A stretch of DNA of 64,000 bases from Marsupella aquatica. Its lineage: Eukaryota; Plantae; Marchantiophyta. The stretch is taken from contig OZ316894.1 in NCBI GenBank assembly GCA_973895155.1, forward strand, positions 22,876,709 through 22,940,708. The letters are read 5' to 3'. Shown in pieces: positions 60,415-64,000 of this stretch; position 1 is the first letter of the stretch; the number at the start of each line of letters is the position of its first letter. The notes under the pieces are model-generated. The model was not told the origin of the DNA. It did not search any database and worked only from the letters and a program-made list of their open reading frames with translations. The translations under genes and the position numbers were made by a program.

Positions 60415-63400
60415 ATGGAACCCGGGCCGAGGCCGGAGGTAAGGACGCTGAGGGTGAAAACTCGATTAGGGTTAGGGCGCGTTAAGCGTCGGCGGCTAGG
60501 AAGGATCAACGGGAAGAAGGACCGGCAGAGGAGAGGGGTAAGGAGCGCTTGTAGGAGATGGTGGCTCATTTGCGAGCACGAACTAGGCAGACGACTACGG
60601 GAGGCCAACTACTGTCAGCTGCTTAGGCAAGCACTCGGGGAGAGAGTAGATACCAACGATCGACCTAAGGAGGGTATGAGCAACGTCAATCAAGCGGCAC
60701 ATTTCTGGGGATGCCTGTTCGAACGGGCAACTGAGTACATCAAGACTTACGAGGACGAGGAATCAGAAAGGGCAGCTCGAGAACGGCAGGAGCTCGCTCG
60801 ATTGTGGGAGCTGCAGAAGACGGCTTTCTTAGGAGGCGAACTCATCAAGGACGAGTTCCTGTGGATGCCTACTTCCAATCAACTTGACGATCTTCTGTTT
60901 TGCAAAGACAGCGTCGTCGGCATCCGAGAGGCCATCAAGAACTGCAACGACATACACTGGGAATTAAAGGGTAGCACGGAAAGGTGGACCCAGGCAACGG
61001 TGCTAGGAGAAACCTCCACGGCAGCAGAGATGAAGAGGAAGGGAGCCGTCAACGATGAAGCCACCCCGGCAAAACGAACGAGGTCGGCGGCACCAAAGAA
61101 GCCAGCCGAGCAGCAGAGCAGGAGGCAGGGAGAAGCCGAAGAGGAGGAGGTCGATCCCATCAAGGCCATTCCAACCAGGGATGACACCTGGAAGGGCTGG
61201 GCGGCAACCCTACCGGTGGAGGTGCAACTACATTTTGCACGGGAGGAGGATGCATGCTTTACGGCCATGCAGACCAAGAAGTACCAAGGCTTCATGGCCG
61301 GATCCGGCTTAGAGGCCTTTGTAAGATTACCATGGCTGAAGCCAGAGGTACCGGAGTCAGACCTATTAGAATTCGTGGGGTCATGGGAACCCGAGACCAA
61401 TTGCACGAGGATATATGGGAAGGATTTCTATCTTACTCCCAAGGTAATTGCCGAAGTGTTTGGCTTGCCGATAGGCAATAAGACCAAAGTTGATACCAGG
61501 AAGACCTTGCCTGACAAGGAGTTCCGGTCGTTCCCCGGGCCATCAACGAAGAATGGCTTCTTCCGGAACACCTGCACCAACCCGCACATAGGAGAGATGA
61601 TCAACTTCTTGCGGGTGACCATGCATTGTAACTTGCCGAGGGCAGAGATCGGCAAGGCACAGGTCTATCTGGCAGAAAGGCCAGACCCAAGCCGGGACTA
61701 CAACGGGTACCTCCTCAACCAATTGAAGAAGATCTTAAAGGAGGAGCAGCAGGTAATCGGCATGGGGAGCGTGTCGCGGCTTGGCTATCACATGCCGCTG
61801 TTGTGCCGGTATGCCAGAGGTCAGACTTTTGCCCCAGTACTTCCCCTGCAGGTAAGGGCACCCGAGGAAGCTCCAACGCCGAGGCCGTTGGCTGAGAAGC
61901 CTCAACCACCTGTTAGCCCTACGATCGAGCAGGTGTTTAGGCCCAGGAAGGAGGACTTGCCGATGCAGCAACCAGGCATGCAGAGTCTGCTGAAACTACT
62001 GGAGAAAGAAAAGAAATCGGCATCGGCAACAACAACAACGGCAACGGCAACAATGCAGGACACTACTACAGAGGTAGGCCTACACCGGCTCACAAGAGAA
62101 AACCCCTTTGCTGGAGACAAGGAGAGAATCAGGCCGGAATCCAAGCCAGGTGTTCGAATGTATGTAGGAATCTCAAGCTCCGAATCTGAGGCAGAATTGC
62201 CTGAAGCTCCTACCGACGAAGAGGAGAGGGAGAAGCCGGACGTCCAAGAAGTAGAGGAGGCAGTGGAGGACTGCAGCCATGATAATTCCGACTATGGGTC
62301 GGACCATCACGTTCCAGGAGTAAGGACCTGTGGCCGGTTTGTCCCCACATTTCCAAGGGTAGTGCGAGGGGACCCCAACCAGCAGAGTAGCCCTGAGTCT
62401 CCCCCACCTGATGTTGCTCCCCCGAGCTTTGACGGCATAAAACAGACGGTGCAGGAATTTCAGGAGCGAATCAGGCAGGAAGAGGAGGCAGCCCTGGCTA
62501 GGGAAAAGGATTTACCAGGAGGAGATTGGCCGGAGGACATCAAGCGGCTAGCCGAAAAAGGAAGCAAACCTCTAGCCATGATTGAAGAGATCCGCAAGAC
62601 GGCTTGGGAGCAGAGGCCGCGATGGGCGATGCCGATCACTTCTACTTACTCCACCTACGCTAAGAATAGAGCCATGGAGTATGGTGAGATGTGTGGGGAA
62701 CTTGCGCTCGGCATCTTTGGAGAGGAGTTGGAGGTAGGACCCTTTTTCCATAGGGAGCAGTTGGAGAAGCACCAATTAGAAGAAGCGGTGGCTTTAGAGA
62801 GAAGCAAGAAGGACGAGGTCATTCGGCGGCTTAGGAGGATGGAAGCCGAGATTGAAGATCTAAGGGCGGCCAAGAAAGCCCAAGATGAACTGCGGATTAA
62901 ACGGCATGAGTTGAACATCATGCAGGGGCAGTTGGACACCGTGTAGGCTGATAATCAGAATATCAAGGATAAACTGACTCAGACGCAGGGAGAGTTGGCC
63001 GACACGATCAAAGAGAGGGAGAAGTGGAAGCGAGAGCTGAAGAATATAGAGGAGGCCCACATAACAGCCAACAGCCGGGCCATGGCGGAGACCCAAAGAA
63101 AGGAATGGGCGTTGAAGGGGGAGCTCGAGAAAATCCGCGGAGCCCTTGAGCAGAAGGAGGCCGAGTTAGGGAAATCCTATCAAGGGATTATGGCGTTGCA
63201 GCAGGAGCTTGCGTCCCTGACGGCCAGCTTCAAGGCCGACCTAAGGGAGAAGGACGAGATGCTCGATCAGACTTACGCCAAGATGAACCAGATGGAGTCT
63301 ATCATCATTGCAGAGCTCGACAAGGAGCTAAGAGCAACCCGGGAGGAGAGGACTACCTTGAAACAAGAACGGGAGGAAGCCTAGAAGGAACTAGAGGAGG

Positions 63401-64000
63401 CGCGCAAGGACCTGGATGAGACCCAGGAGGAGTTGGAGGAAATCACGAGGAAGATGGAGAACCTCCAGCGGCGGGCCGACAACCAAACGGAGCGGCTGAA
63501 GAAACAAGCCACAGTATTTAAGTGCTTGTCTTCATCAGGCCCAACTCCAATTGGGGCAACCAAGTTACCAGGAGTGGTACTGGCCGAAGAAAAAGCCGCG
63601 CCACCTGCACCAGTGCCGGAAGTAAGTGGGAAGGGGAAGGGACTAGCTGCCGAACCAGAAAAGAAGAAGAAGCGGAAACCTTCAGGGTCAAGGAGTAATC
63701 CGACTCCACAAGCCGTGGTGACCAAGGAGGTAGAACCAGCACCATCCTCCGGCATGAATACGGCAATAGATCCCGCTGTTATCACAGGTGGGGGTGGTGC
63801 GGCCCAAGCCGAACTACTCAGTAATGAGGCCGGTATTCCAGATCCGCCTCTTGAGCAGGCCGGGGAGACCGTAGCCGAGGTTGAGGCCGTAACCGATTCC
63901 CGAGCCGATGCCGACGCCGATGGTGGACCCAGTCAGGCCGATGGAGAGTTGACTCAGTCAAAGGCAGGTAATCTGTCAGAGAATGAACCTACGGCAGTGG
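60415..64000 (+). pseudogene. Retroelement-type accessory ORF (plant-mobile-domain/transposon-protein-like region plus long coiled coil), interrupted by two in-frame TAG codons and running off the window
   Basis: Single frame from 60415 to the window end, broken only by TAG 62944-62946 and TAG 63382-63384. LLEFVGSWEPETNCTRIYGKDFYLTPKVIAEVFGLP (~61360-61470) resembles PMD / Gypsy extra-ORF motifs. Intronless, with an abrupt GC rise from ~59500. Confidence 0.7.

Noticed and set aside
62944-63384. Stop-codon reassignment or U-to-C RNA editing to explain in-frame TAG/TAA/TGA here and in the PPR remnant
   Set aside because: Intact genes here end normally in TAG, TGA and TAA. U-to-C editing is known from organelles, and methyl-C deamination explains the stops more simply.

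Overview
Nuclear DNA of a land plant, most likely a bryophyte (inferred from a moss-type PLS-class PPR remnant and from the gene structures). Six intact host genes were rebuilt by hand from GT-AG splice sites: EPSP synthase (8 exons, +), TFIIIC subunit 3/Tfc4 (2 exons, -), PAS2-type 3-hydroxyacyl-CoA dehydratase (9 exons, +), a 356-aa coiled-coil protein carrying an LSU (RESPONSE TO LOW SULFUR)-like core motif (-), PSMD9/Nas2 (5 coding exons, -) and an extended LEA3/SAG21-like protein (2 exons, -). Mobile and repetitive DNA includes an apparently intact autonomous PIF/Harbinger transposon (perfect 16-bp TIRs, TTA TSD, possible third small gene), a non-autonomous Helitron-like family, MITE/foldback-like inverted repeats, tandem arrays (about 140, 229 and 230 bp units), LINE and SINE remnants, and a retroelement-type accessory ORF at the right edge preceded by about 800 nt of densely packed hairpins. 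The most notable items are the LSU-like motif in a long non-seed-plant-type protein, the structured leader, and the Harbinger element with its extra ORF. No database searches were possible, so family calls rest on recalled motifs.
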